The notes under the pieces were generated by a model. The model was not told where the DNA came from. It saw only the letters and a program-made list of their open reading frames with translations, and ran no database searches. The position numbers and the translations under genes are program-made. Of a DNA stretch of 36,919 nt, positions 24,636-33,345 are shown piece by piece (within the stretch, counting starts at the first letter, position 1; every line of letters begins with the position of its first letter). The DNA is from an uncultured Oscillospiraceae bacterium (GTDB taxonomy: Bacteria; Bacillota; Clostridia; Oscillospirales; Oscillospiraceae): assembly GCA_964418735.1 (NCBI GenBank), contig CAYQMY010000001.1, positions 1-36,919 on the forward strand, read 5' to 3'.

Positions 24636-25475
24636 ATGAAAGAGTGCAACTGGGAAACAGCAATAAACAGCAGACGTTCGACCAGAAGCTTTGAGACGCG
24701 GGGGCTTGATCGTGATACTATCGAAGCCCTAAAGCGCAGAGTTGCCGAGCTTGAGGTTCCGTTCGAGCATGCTGTTGAGGTGAAGTTTTTTAAGGCCGCT
24801 CCGACGAAGAAGCTCTATATGGCTTTCGATTCGCCTGCGGACAATATGGCGTTCATGTCCGAAACCGACTATGTATCAATATCCAAGGCCGGCTTTGTTG
24901 GCGAGCTTGCCGTCCTGCTTGCAACGGAGCTTGGCATTTCAACCTGCTGGTACGGGCACTATAATATGGAGGAAATGGAAAGGCTGCTCCCCCATCTTGG
25001 CGAGCACGCTAAGGAAAAGCAGCCTAAATGGGGCTACGGAAAGGATGTCGTCGAAGGGCGGCGTGTAATTGCTGTTTCGCCGCTTGGCTATTGGAGCAAA
25101 AAGGGGCTGAGGCTTTTTGACCGCATACAGGAAAATGCGGTAAGCTTTAAGCGCAAGGCCATAGATGAGCTTTTGCTGGGAGATGTTCGTGAATCACATC
25201 TATCTGAGCCGATAACATTTGCTTTAGATCTTGCCAGAAAAGCTCCGTCAGCCGCGAACTTTCAGTTCTGGCGCTTCAAGGTTGAGCCTGACCAGAAGAC
25301 TATATATGTTTCCATGCCGGAGGGCTACAAGCACCCGAAGTGGGAGCACCCGAATGTGGATATCGGCATAACGGCGTGTCAATTGTGGCTTGGATTATTG
25401 ATTAAGGGCATTGAATGTGAAATAGATATTGAAGAAGTCAAAGGCTGCGCCGTTTGGAAATTCAGTTTAAAGTAA
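24636..25475 (+). CDS. nitroreductase-family-like protein (atypically long)
   Basis: It has the N-terminal INSRRSTRSF motif typical of the nitroreductase fold. The ATG at 24636 follows GAAAGGAAA. The ORF-track start at 24579 overlaps the upstream gene. Confidence 0.55.
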   Translation: MKECNWETAINSRRSTRSFETRGLDRDTIEALKRRVAELEVPFEHAVEVKFFKAAPTKKLYMAFDSPADNMAFMSETDYVSISKAGFVGELAVLLATELGISTCWYGHYNMEEMERLLPHLGEHAKEKQPKWGYGKDVVEGRRVIAVSPLGYWSKKGLRLFDRIQENAVSFKRKAIDELLLGDVRESHLSEPITFALDLARKAPSAANFQFWRFKVEPDQKTIYVSMPEGYKHPKWEHPNVDIGITACQLWLGLLIKGIECEIDIEEVKGCAVWKFSLK

Positions 25476-25494
25476 TAATCTCTGCATATAAAAA

Positions 25495-25527
25495 CAGGGC
25501 TTCGAGAATTTCTCGAAGCCCTGTTTA
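25495..25527 (+). terminator. rho-independent terminator after the nitroreductase-like gene
   Basis: A perfect 13-bp stem, cagggcttcgaga / tctcgaagccctg, is followed by TTT. Confidence 0.7.
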
Positions 25528-25537
25528 GCGTGCAAAA

Positions 25538-25672
25538 CTCCCTCGCAGGGATATTTGAATCATTTTTCCGGGAATTCACTTCTCGGAAAAATACCACAGC
25601 CCGCGCAAATCGTGCGCGACCGGGGGTATCGCGGCCAAGGCCGCGTATCTAGGGGGTATTGGATACCCCCTG
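25538..25672. repeat. left copy of an approximately 135-bp multi-hairpin repeat (inverted relative to 26939-27075)
   Basis: The reverse complement of 25597-25656 is identical to 26956-27015 (60/60). The flanks align with scattered mismatches. The unit is a chain of five short hairpins. Confidence 0.9.
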
Positions 25673-25682
25673 GAGATTGTTC

Positions 25683-26846
25683 TTATGTTGAGCAAATCAG
25701 TATGATTTCAGATACCCTTCCGTAAGCTATGCTAAAAACAATAGAGCACCAGGGTGAGGCTGTTCCGGGATAGTACGCATAGCCGAAATCCACTCCGGAT
25801 GAGGGGTCAAACTCATATTGCTGAAGCGCGTCTCCGTAGACCGCAATAAGATCCTGCCTCGTGCTTCCGCAGCGGATTCCGTTTTTAAGTTTGTAGTCCG
25901 TGGAGGTTACATATATGCCGAAGACGTAGATTCCGCCCGCAGAATAGTCGGCGCGCAGATAGTTGAGCCTTCCGAAACCCTGATAATCGGAGTAATAGCT
26001 GCCGGTGCCTTGAGCAAAGTCGCTTCTTTCACTTACCATGGGCAGATACTTAAATAATTCCAGTACATATTCGGACTGATAGCCGAGGCCAATGCCTCTC
26101 CCATAAAGGTCATAAAGGACATACTCGGGGCCGTGGTACTTGATATCAGTGTTGGTTGGCAGTATTTCAAAACGCCTGCGATATTCCGGCAGGGCAAGTC
26201 TCATAATAATTGCGGCAGACTCGGCGCGGGATATCATGTCGTAGGGACGAAAATTAAGCGTTCCTGCGTCCCCGCTGAGGACTCCGGCCCGATAAAGCGT
26301 AAATATGCTCTCGGAGTTCGGTGTGTTTATGGATACGCCCGGTATAGAATTAATAGTGTTAATCTGCCAAAGCTCCCCGAAGGGAAGTGTGTTTTCGAAT
26401 ATGTAAGCAACATCGGCTCTCGAAGCATAGGCGTCGTAATTTGAGAAATGATCTGCGGCAATTATGCCGTTTCTGATTGCATAGTCAACATAGTCGATAT
26501 ACCAGGGCTGTTTAGAGATATCAAACGAAGCTCCGTAATCGGAATATATGCTGTGCACCACGGCGGCCATTTTTATAGCCTCGCAGAGTCTAAGCCCATC
26601 CTCCGGATAAAAAGCGCCGGTTTCCGTGCCGTTCATTATTCCAAGCTCATAGGCTGTCTTTATGACCGCCTGACTCTTCATGCCATACCACTCTGATTCG
26701 TTTACATCCCAAAACCTGCCTTCCGTGTACGTATAGCGGAGAGTGAAATTATACATTGACGGGCGTCCCACGCTGCCCTCGGCTGTCGCGGAGAAGCCCG
26801 TCAAAATTATGGTGAGGGCTAATAATAGGGTAACTATTTTTTTCAC
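25683..26846 (-). CDS. secreted SLH-domain (S-layer homology) protein
   Basis: It has a signal peptide MKKIVTLLLALTIILTGFSATAEG. SLH-like repeats are present (FWDVNESEWYG...AYELGIMNGTETGAFYPEDGL, and RPYDMISRAESAAIIMRLA). A GTG start follows AAAGGA. Confidence 0.7.
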   Translation of the reverse strand: MKKIVTLLLALTIILTGFSATAEGSVGRPSMYNFTLRYTYTEGRFWDVNESEWYGMKSQAVIKTAYELGIMNGTETGAFYPEDGLRLCEAIKMAAVVHSIYSDYGASFDISKQPWYIDYVDYAIRNGIIAADHFSNYDAYASRADVAYIFENTLPFGELWQINTINSIPGVSINTPNSESIFTLYRAGVLSGDAGTLNFRPYDMISRAESAAIIMRLALPEYRRRFEILPTNTDIKYHGPEYVLYDLYGRGIGLGYQSEYVLELFKYLPMVSERSDFAQGTGSYYSDYQGFGRLNYLRADYSAGGIYVFGIYVTSTDYKLKNGIRCGSTRQDLIAVYGDALQQYEFDPSSGVDFGYAYYPGTASPWCSIVFSIAYGRVSEIILICST

Positions 26847-26938
26847 TGATTTATCCTTTCTGTAGGGTATAGTTTACATAAATACTATTACAGAAAGGAC
26901 GCCGCTTCAAATGCAATTACTGGTATCGTGCTATGCTT

Positions 26939-27075
26939 CTAGGGGGAATCCAATTCCCCCTAGATACGCGGCCTTGGCCGCGATACCCCCGGTCGCGCAC
27001 GATTTGCGCGGGCTGAGGAATTTTTCCGAGAAGTAAATTCTCGGAAAAATACATTTAATTTTCCCTGCGAGGGAG
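26939..27075. repeat. right copy of the approximately 135-bp multi-hairpin repeat
   Basis: See the left copy. The hairpin order is reversed relative to 25538-25672, so the pair is inverted. Confidence 0.9.
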
Positions 27076-27137
27076 TATTTTGACAGTTAAAGGCGTCCGG
27101 GGTGTTCCCGAACGCCTTTTTATATATGATATATATA

Positions 27138-28412
27138 TCAGACCAGCGCGCCGAGCAGGAGGATTTCCTCGTTTTGGCGGTATATAGTCGGGAACTGTGA
27201 GATGGGTAGGGGGTTTACGCCTCTGCCAACCTCAACTGTGAAGCCGGGGCGCCTGAAGTCCTGAATGAACCAATCCTTGTACCCTGCGTAAGAGGCCTCG
27301 CCCGGATTTTCCGAAACGATATAACCGCTCACCCTTGAAAACAATCTCGCGATGTCGAGAGACTCGGGGGGCTGAAGGTCTAGGAACGTATAGAAAATGA
27401 CCTCGCCCTGGGTATGGTAAGCGATTACCAGCCTAAAATTGCGCCCTCTCGTGAAATCGTACATTCCTGCGGATTCAGGCTCTGTGAGGGGGGCCTCGCC
27501 GCCGTAATCCCTCGGCGCGGGGCCTGTGATGCCCTGCTCTAATTCAAGATCCTTTTCTCTTTGCCACTCGGCGGGATAATTAAGGTTAATATCCACACCC
27601 CGGATATTTGCCTTCCAAACTCTCGGGAGAGGAAGGCCGGTTTTGTTAAGGCGCGCCGCCTGTATGTATGCGGGATCGGAGTAGTTTGGCCAGTAATTTA
27701 CCAGATCGACGCCGTCGGGATTGACCATAGGCACTATGTAGATGCTTGATTTGTTAAAGATATCTCTGACGCTGTAGTTTCCAAGACGGGTTCCGGTGGA
27801 ATAGGCTTTGGAGAAGTTTTCGATGAATTTCATAAGCAAGGTTGTCGTTATCCACTCGTTAGCGTGATGTGAGGCGTTGTACGAAACCTCGTTCGGACCG
27901 TTTCCAAGCCTTATAACGAAAAGGCTTTTGCCCATTACGCTCTTTTTTTCAAGTGCTGTTACCTCTAAAAATGGGTATCTTACTTTTAGGGCACGAATCT
28001 GTCTTTCCATTATTTCGTAGGTGTAATCTATATCAGTAAAGACGACATCAATTCCGTAAGGAACTATAATTTGCTGTCCTATACGCAGAGAATTGGGATC
28101 GATTCCGGGGTTCGCGGTCTGTATCGCGGAGACGGTAGTATAAAACTTCCTTGCTATGCTGTAAAGTGTGTCGCCAGATCGGATAGTATAGGTGGCGTAG
28201 CCGAGCAGGAGCCTTTCGAATTCAGCCCAAGTCAAGGGGCCTACAACTCCGTCGGGAGTAAGCCCGTTGTCGCTTTGAAAATCAATTACAGCCTGACGGG
28301 TTCTTGGGCCAAAGCTGCCGTCAACCGCGCCGGGGTCGTAGCCTATCCGGTTCAAAAGACTCTGGACTAATTTCACGTTGGGGCCCGTCGAGCCCAATGT
28401 TAATATTTCCAT
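27138..28412 (-). CDS. gamma-D-glutamyl-meso-diaminopimelate-type peptidase (PG_binding_1 + LysM + M14 carboxypeptidase domains)
   Basis: It has the peptidoglycan-binding repeat (GSTGPNVKLVQSLLNRIGYDPGAVDGSFGPRTRQAVIDFQ), a LysM domain (YTIRSGDTLYSIARKFYTTVSAIQTANP) and the M14 zinc motif HANEWIT. Confidence 0.8.
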   Translation of the reverse strand: MEILTLGSTGPNVKLVQSLLNRIGYDPGAVDGSFGPRTRQAVIDFQSDNGLTPDGVVGPLTWAEFERLLLGYATYTIRSGDTLYSIARKFYTTVSAIQTANPGIDPNSLRIGQQIIVPYGIDVVFTDIDYTYEIMERQIRALKVRYPFLEVTALEKKSVMGKSLFVIRLGNGPNEVSYNASHHANEWITTTLLMKFIENFSKAYSTGTRLGNYSVRDIFNKSSIYIVPMVNPDGVDLVNYWPNYSDPAYIQAARLNKTGLPLPRVWKANIRGVDINLNYPAEWQREKDLELEQGITGPAPRDYGGEAPLTEPESAGMYDFTRGRNFRLVIAYHTQGEVIFYTFLDLQPPESLDIARLFSRVSGYIVSENPGEASYAGYKDWFIQDFRRPGFTVEVGRGVNPLPISQFPTIYRQNEEILLLGALV

Positions 28413-28470
28413 TTAAATTCACTACCTTTAAATTATTATTGTTATTTCGCAACCATTATATTTTATTGTG

Positions 28471-28516
28471 AAAAAACAAAAACAGTGCCTATCCGCTTGG
28501 CAGATAAGCACTGTTT
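28471..28516 (-). terminator. rho-independent terminator after the D-Ala-D-Ala carboxypeptidase gene
   Basis: On the minus strand, the hairpin acagtgcttatc/gataggcactgt (1 mismatch) is followed by TTTTTGTTTTTT. Confidence 0.75.
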
Positions 28517-28533
28517 AGTCCCCCGAGAAATCA

Positions 28534-29646
28534 TTAGCTCAGTATAGACTTCCAGAACATTTTGAATTTATCGGGCTTTTCTCGGTCAGACGGCTCAGCC
28601 GCAAGAATATCGGTTTCGGCGAGAACACTGCCGTCCATTTCAAATATTATCCGTCCGACCTTTTGACCAACGTTTACGGGGGCATATATAAAGCTTGGAA
28701 AGTAAACCTTCATCTTTACCTGCTGCTTTTCTTCTGAGCTCAGGTATGCCGTGATGTCCTTGTCGTAGCGGCATTTTATGCTCTCCTTGTCTCCGCCGAT
28801 TATATTTACTGAAAGCTCAGGAGGCTCGGTGAACAGCGATTGCCTTTTGAGCTTTTCAAAGCCGTAATTTAAAAGCTCGGTGTGGCCGTTCCAGTCGTCA
28901 TGACAGTTAAGGGTAGCGGCGACAAGCATCAAACCTTCGCGCTCGGCGCAGGTAACGAGGCATCTTCCGCTTTTTTTCGTGTAGCCTGTTTTGACGCCGA
29001 TACAGCCCTTGTAGAGCTTTAGCATTTCGTTGTGATTGCACAGGAGCCGCCCGTCCTTGACTCCGTTATAGCTAACCCTTTTTGCATAAGTTGAAGCGAT
29101 TTTTTTAAAATCCTCGTTTTGCATTGCTGCCGCGCCAAGCCGCGCTAGGTCAGACGCGGTGGTATAGTGCTTTGCGCCGTCAAGCCCCGAGGGGTTCTCA
29201 AAACTGGTGTTTAAAAGACCAAGCTCGACGGCTCGGGCGTTCATCCTCTCGGCAAATTTTGCTATCGAACCGTCAAGGCAATATGCGACTGCGTTAGCCG
29301 CGTCGTTTCCGGATTCGAGCAGCAGCCCGTACACTATTTCCCTTAAGCTGATTTTTTCGTCGGGAAGAAGACCCATTGAGGAGCCCTCAACCTTTAAAGC
29401 TTCCTTAGGAACAGTGACTATCGTGTCAAGCTTTCCCGATTCACAGGCCAGAAGCCCTGTCATGATCTTGGTTGTAGACGCCATGGGAAAACGTCCATCA
29501 GAATTCTGGTTTTTAATCACGCGTCCGGTGGACGCTTCTATGAGTGCATAGCTGCCCGCCGATATTGCGTAGCATTTTGAGGTTAATACAAAAACCATTA
29601 TAATTAACAAACTGATTTTTCTGAAAAAATTATACAAGATAAACAC
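28534..29646 (-). CDS. D-alanyl-D-alanine carboxypeptidase (S11, PBP5-type)
   Basis: It has SxxK (ASTTKIMT), SxN (ESGND) and KTG (KTGYT) motifs, an N-terminal signal/anchor and a C-terminal PBP5_C-like region. The start codon is uncertain: GTG at 29646 or ATG at 29598. Confidence 0.88.
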   Translation of the reverse strand: MFILYNFFRKISLLIIMVFVLTSKCYAISAGSYALIEASTGRVIKNQNSDGRFPMASTTKIMTGLLACESGKLDTIVTVPKEALKVEGSSMGLLPDEKISLREIVYGLLLESGNDAANAVAYCLDGSIAKFAERMNARAVELGLLNTSFENPSGLDGAKHYTTASDLARLGAAAMQNEDFKKIASTYAKRVSYNGVKDGRLLCNHNEMLKLYKGCIGVKTGYTKKSGRCLVTCAEREGLMLVAATLNCHDDWNGHTELLNYGFEKLKRQSLFTEPPELSVNIIGGDKESIKCRYDKDITAYLSSEEKQQVKMKVYFPSFIYAPVNVGQKVGRIIFEMDGSVLAETDILAAEPSDREKPDKFKMFWKSILS

Positions 29647-29785
29647 CTACCCTTGATATAAACAGTTTTAACAGCTGACTATTTTATTATTAAGGTTGTG
29701 TTTTAAAAAATATTGGCAATTTCGAGGTTTGAACTCATAAGCTTTTAATGGTATTTATAAAGCGCTAAGCTATGGGGGTGCCAAT

Positions 29786-30403
29786 ATGGAAACCGAAAAA
29801 ATCAGCATGGTCGCGAGGCTTTGCGAAGTTCAGAAAAAAATCGAAGCCGAAAATATGCCGCTGAGCAGCCCGTGCGGGGAGTGGTGTAAGCGCTGTCTCT
29901 GCGTATCGGAAACTGAATTTGTACAAATTGTGGACTTTCTTTTAAACAACTTTGCTAAAGAAGAAATCCTGAAAATAATAAGAGAGTCAAAAAGACAAAT
30001 GAATATGCTTGAAAAAGAGCGGCCCGAGACAGCAGAAAAAATTAAAGGAACTATACTTTTGAAAGACCTCTTAAAATTGGACAAAACGGAGCTTCCGTTC
30101 AGCTGCGTATTTTGTGATGAAAGAGATGGATGCATGATAGAAAAGGTCAGACCTTTGAAATGCAGAACCGCCGAACATGGAGAAGCAGAGGAGCGTGCAG
30201 ACTTCGAAAAGGATATTTATAGTTTCATTTTCCTGAAGAAGGATGATGCTGTAATAATAAGAAGGCCGGAGCCGCTTTTCTACTACTTCGCTATGATTTT
30301 CAGAGACGAAAGAGAGCTTGATGAAATAAGAGAGGCGGCCTTTTTTCGGGGGATATTAAGCCTCGATGAAGCCGCGTACATAAGTGAGCTTTGCGGCGGA
30401 TAA
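29786..30403 (+). CDS. Cys-cluster protein, possibly YkgJ/UPF0153-like
   Basis: The patterns PCGEWCKRCLC and FSCVFCDERDGCMIEKVRPLKCR resemble the zinc/iron-chelating CxxCxxCC family. GGGGGTG precedes the ATG. Confidence 0.45.
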   Translation: METEKISMVARLCEVQKKIEAENMPLSSPCGEWCKRCLCVSETEFVQIVDFLLNNFAKEEILKIIRESKRQMNMLEKERPETAEKIKGTILLKDLLKLDKTELPFSCVFCDERDGCMIEKVRPLKCRTAEHGEAEERADFEKDIYSFIFLKKDDAVIIRRPEPLFYYFAMIFRDERELDEIREAAFFRGILSLDEAAYISELCGG

Positions 30404-30407
30404 AAAG

Positions 30408-30443
30408 CAGATGACCCCGGCCAAGCCGCGGTCATCTGTTTTC
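30408..30443 (+). terminator. rho-independent terminator
   Basis: cagatgacc / ggtcatctg forms a stem with a GC-rich interior and is followed by TTTTCG. Confidence 0.7.
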
Positions 30444-30486
30444 GCTTGTGAAGCCTTAGAATATTAGAAAGGAGGAAAATAGAAAG

Positions 30487-31029
30487 TTATCGTGTACGCA
30501 GACGTAGCTCTAGCCAGTCGAGCCCGAGCCAGTCGCCTGCGCCCGCGGTGGAGGTGTTTTCTATGGTGACAAGGTTGCTTGGCCTCGCAGGTATGCTGAA
30601 CGTTAAATCACGCCAGTTGTTAAAGATTCCGCCGAAGGGCACGCCATGCTCCAGAAAAAGCCTGCCGTTATGAACCACGTTCCCGTTGATTGTTATTTTT
30701 GCGCAATAGCGGTTTAAGGGCACGTTTAAATGGTCGTCAAGTACGGCGCGTATGATCAGCTTTGCGTCAAGCCCGCCGGAAAGCAGTAAGAACGAAGGAA
30801 GGTTTAAAGTCCACGCTCCGAGATTTCCGGTGTATAGGATATCCGCGTTTCTGCTGGGATTGCCGTAATTTGGATAGCCTGAAAGCTGCTTGAATACAAC
30901 TACTTCATTTTCGGCGCGGTTGTCGCTTAGAATCGGAGCGCGTGCGGCAGCTGCGCAGCCGGCAGCAACGCGCGCCGTATCCGCTGCGCTTAAAATTGAA
31001 GTTCTACATCTGCGATGGCATGACGGCAT
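30487..31029 (-). CDS. hypothetical protein (Cys/Arg/Ala-rich N-terminus, beta-rich body)
   Basis: It is an open frame with an ATG at 31029, 8 nt after GGGAG. I recognised no family. Confidence 0.5.
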   Translation of the reverse strand: MPSCHRRCRTSILSAADTARVAAGCAAAARAPILSDNRAENEVVVFKQLSGYPNYGNPSRNADILYTGNLGAWTLNLPSFLLLSGGLDAKLIIRAVLDDHLNVPLNRYCAKITINGNVVHNGRLFLEHGVPFGGIFNNWRDLTFSIPARPSNLVTIENTSTAGAGDWLGLDWLELRLRTR

Positions 31030-31225
31030 GTTATCAGCTCCCAAATAGATTGCATTACATATTATTCCGTCAGCGTCTTAGTTGCCATCAAAGCAGAGAG
31101 TTTTATTTTTTTAATTTCAAATAATTTTATTAATAAAAGGAAATATAATGGTAAGAATATTGTGAAGGAGCAGCCTCAAATATTATTCCAGAGCTCAAAG
31201 CTTTGGGAACGGATGGAGTAGAAAT

Positions 31226-31435
31226 ATGGACAGATTATCATTGGCTTTGGTTATAATCGGCGCACTGAACTGGGGAAGCGTTGGCATTTTCGGCTTCGAT
31301 TTTGTAGGAGCGTTATTCGGCGGACAGCTTTCCACGGTAAGCAGAGTTATTTTTGCTATTGTTGGACTTGCTGGTCTATGGTGTATTTCGCTGCTTTTCA
31401 GAGAGCGCGAGGTCGTAAGAAGAAAGCATGAATAA
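31226..31435 (+). CDS. DUF378-family small membrane protein
   Basis: LALVIIGALNWGSVGIFGFDFVGALFGG matches the conserved NWG ... F.FD.V signature of DUF378. A GGAG RBS is present. Confidence 0.85.
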   Translation: MDRLSLALVIIGALNWGSVGIFGFDFVGALFGGQLSTVSRVIFAIVGLAGLWCISLLFREREVVRRKHE

Positions 31436-31471
31436 ACAAAAAGGCAGCGAGGGAGTTCTTTTACAGTATGC

Positions 31472-31498
31472 AAAAGGCAGCGGATTCGCTGCCTTTTT
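31472..31498. terminator. bidirectional terminator between convergent genes
   Basis: The ggcagcg / cgctgcc stem is flanked by an A-run and a T-run. Confidence 0.7.
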
Positions 31499-31516
31499 AT
31501 TTATCTAAAAGTGTTT

Positions 31517-33049
31517 TTATTCTGAAACAAGATCTGAAAATGTCCCTTCGAAGTATATTTTGAGGGGGTTTTTTGGAGGGCCTTCAAGAAGCTCCCCGCT
31601 TGTGCTGAATCTGCCGCCGTGCGCCGGGCAGTCCCAGGTCTTTTCGGCGCTGTTGAAATTAAGCTCGGTTGACATATGAGTGCAGGAAACGTCGAGAATA
31701 GTCACGCTGTCGTCAAAGTCCCTGTAAATTCCGGCCTTGTGCCCGTCAAAGTTTATTACGCGCCCCTCGCCCTGCTTGAGGTCTTTAATGCTTTCGGGCG
31801 CTTCAAGCTTGGATTTAATAAGTTCAACAATCGGGCTGATAACGCCGTAGAGCGTCTTGCCCGGGGAGCTTAAAAGGTCCCTCCGGTCCCTTGAGTAAAA
31901 TTCTTCAAATTCGCACCTGCCGTCTGAAATCAATTCCGATATCATAATTCCGGCAAGTGTTCCGGTGGAAAGACCCCATTTTTTATAGCCTGTTCCGACA
32001 TAGATGTTAGACTTGTCTGAAATTCTTCCTATATAGGGGATGCTGTCGGGGGTATCGTAATCCTGCGCCGACCATCGAGCGAGTAGCTTGTCAACTCCCG
32101 CAATGCTCTCTGCAAAGCCTAAAAGATTATCGTAATGAGTCTGCGTTTCTTCTTTGCTTCGGCCGGTTGTGTGATCCTCTCCGACTACAATCAAAATCCG
32201 CTCCCCGTTTTCCTCGTGTGTCCTTATTGAACGGCTGGGTCCGCTGAGATTTATATAGCTCCCGTCCTCCCAAGGCCTTTTTGCCATTACCGCTATGCCG
32301 TAAGACCTTTTTGGGTAAAGGCGCGCAAAAAACAGGTTGGGCCCGTCGTAGATCGGGTACTGGGTAGCCTGTACAAGATGTTTTGTTTTGATTTTAATGC
32401 CGTTGTCGCAGTAGACGACTATTTCTTCGCCGTCTTCAACCTTGGAGGCCTTTGTATCGCAGTATATTTTTGCTCCCATTGCTACTGCGGCCTTCGCAAG
32501 GGAATTTACATATCTGACGGGATGGATTACCGCCTGATTTCTAAAGCCGACCATCCCAAAGTTTTCGTTTGGAAATTCAGGATTTTTTATCAGCACCGCG
32601 TCTATGCCCGCCTTAAGCGCGGTCCTATACTCGTCCTCAATCTTGCGGACGTCTGCCTCTGACGAGGCGTAAAGATAGGCTGTGGAGTCTGAAAGCTGAC
32701 ATTCGATAGACTGCTTTTTTACGACGTTTTTTACGAATTCAAGAGCGGAGCTTTGCGACCTTGCATAAATCTTCGCCGAGTCCAGACCGTATTTCTTTTC
32801 AAGAGAGCTGTATATATCGTCGTGCTGTATCGTGACCTTTCCCGTCGTATTGCCTGTGGTTCCGTCACAGAGGGCACCGGCCTCGATTACAACGGGGTGC
32901 AGGCCCTTTTCGGCAAGGCAATAGGTGCAGGTGATGCCCGTTATTCCAGCGCCGACTATCAGAACCGAGGTCTCAATACTTTTTTCGAGAGCCGGATAAA
33001 CAGATTTTTCACAGGTATTGTTCCAATATGATACCGTGTTGTTGTTCAT
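31517..33049 (-). CDS. FAD-dependent oxidoreductase fused to a C-terminal Rieske [2Fe-2S] domain (YhfW-like architecture)
   Basis: It has the N-terminal VLIVGAGITGITCTYCLAEKG (DAO-type fold) and a C-terminal Rieske ligand motif CTHMSTELNF...WDCPAHGGRF (CxH...CxxH). Confidence 0.85.
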   Translation of the reverse strand: MNNNTVSYWNNTCEKSVYPALEKSIETSVLIVGAGITGITCTYCLAEKGLHPVVIEAGALCDGTTGNTTGKVTIQHDDIYSSLEKKYGLDSAKIYARSQSSALEFVKNVVKKQSIECQLSDSTAYLYASSEADVRKIEDEYRTALKAGIDAVLIKNPEFPNENFGMVGFRNQAVIHPVRYVNSLAKAAVAMGAKIYCDTKASKVEDGEEIVVYCDNGIKIKTKHLVQATQYPIYDGPNLFFARLYPKRSYGIAVMAKRPWEDGSYINLSGPSRSIRTHEENGERILIVVGEDHTTGRSKEETQTHYDNLLGFAESIAGVDKLLARWSAQDYDTPDSIPYIGRISDKSNIYVGTGYKKWGLSTGTLAGIMISELISDGRCEFEEFYSRDRRDLLSSPGKTLYGVISPIVELIKSKLEAPESIKDLKQGEGRVINFDGHKAGIYRDFDDSVTILDVSCTHMSTELNFNSAEKTWDCPAHGGRFSTSGELLEGPPKNPLKIYFEGTFSDLVSE

Positions 33050-33240
33050 AATTTTTGTTCCCAGAACAGTTTGTCGGATGCTTCACCAGTTTTTTCCTTG
33101 ATACTTTCGTTTGTCTTGGAAATTTGCTCAAGAACTGCATTTCTTTCGCTTTGAGGAAGCTGATAAAAAGCCTGCATTGCCCTGCCGTTTCTGTAGATTT
33201 CCCTTTTCAAATCGTAGGGAAGATCAGAGTTGTTCTTCAC
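33046..33240 (-). CDS. small hypothetical protein, translationally coupled to the FAD-Rieske gene
   Basis: A GTG start follows GAAAGGA. Its stop overlaps the downstream start (ATGA at 33046-33049). It shows weak resemblance to YdeI/OmdA-type C-terminal domains (LPYDLKREI...AFYQLPQSERNAVLEQI). Confidence 0.5.
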   Translation of the reverse strand: MKNNSDLPYDLKREIYRNGRAMQAFYQLPQSERNAVLEQISKTNESIKEKTGEASDKLFWEQKL

Positions 33241-33345
33241 TTACACATAATCCTTTCAAAGTATATGTACATATTATTAGCGATAAAGAAAAGAATATAA
33301 GCAGGATAATGTTTTGTGTGTGGTTACCTGAGAAAGGATTATAAA

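Noticed and set aside
25538-27075. Interpreting the inverted-repeat-flanked segment as an insertion sequence, composite transposon or classic invertible promoter switch
   Set aside because: The only enclosed ORF is an SLH-domain surface protein. The window holds no transposase and no tyrosine or serine recombinase. I saw no target-site duplication. The likely promoter lies inside the segment and would move with the gene, so inversion would not give simple ON/OFF control.
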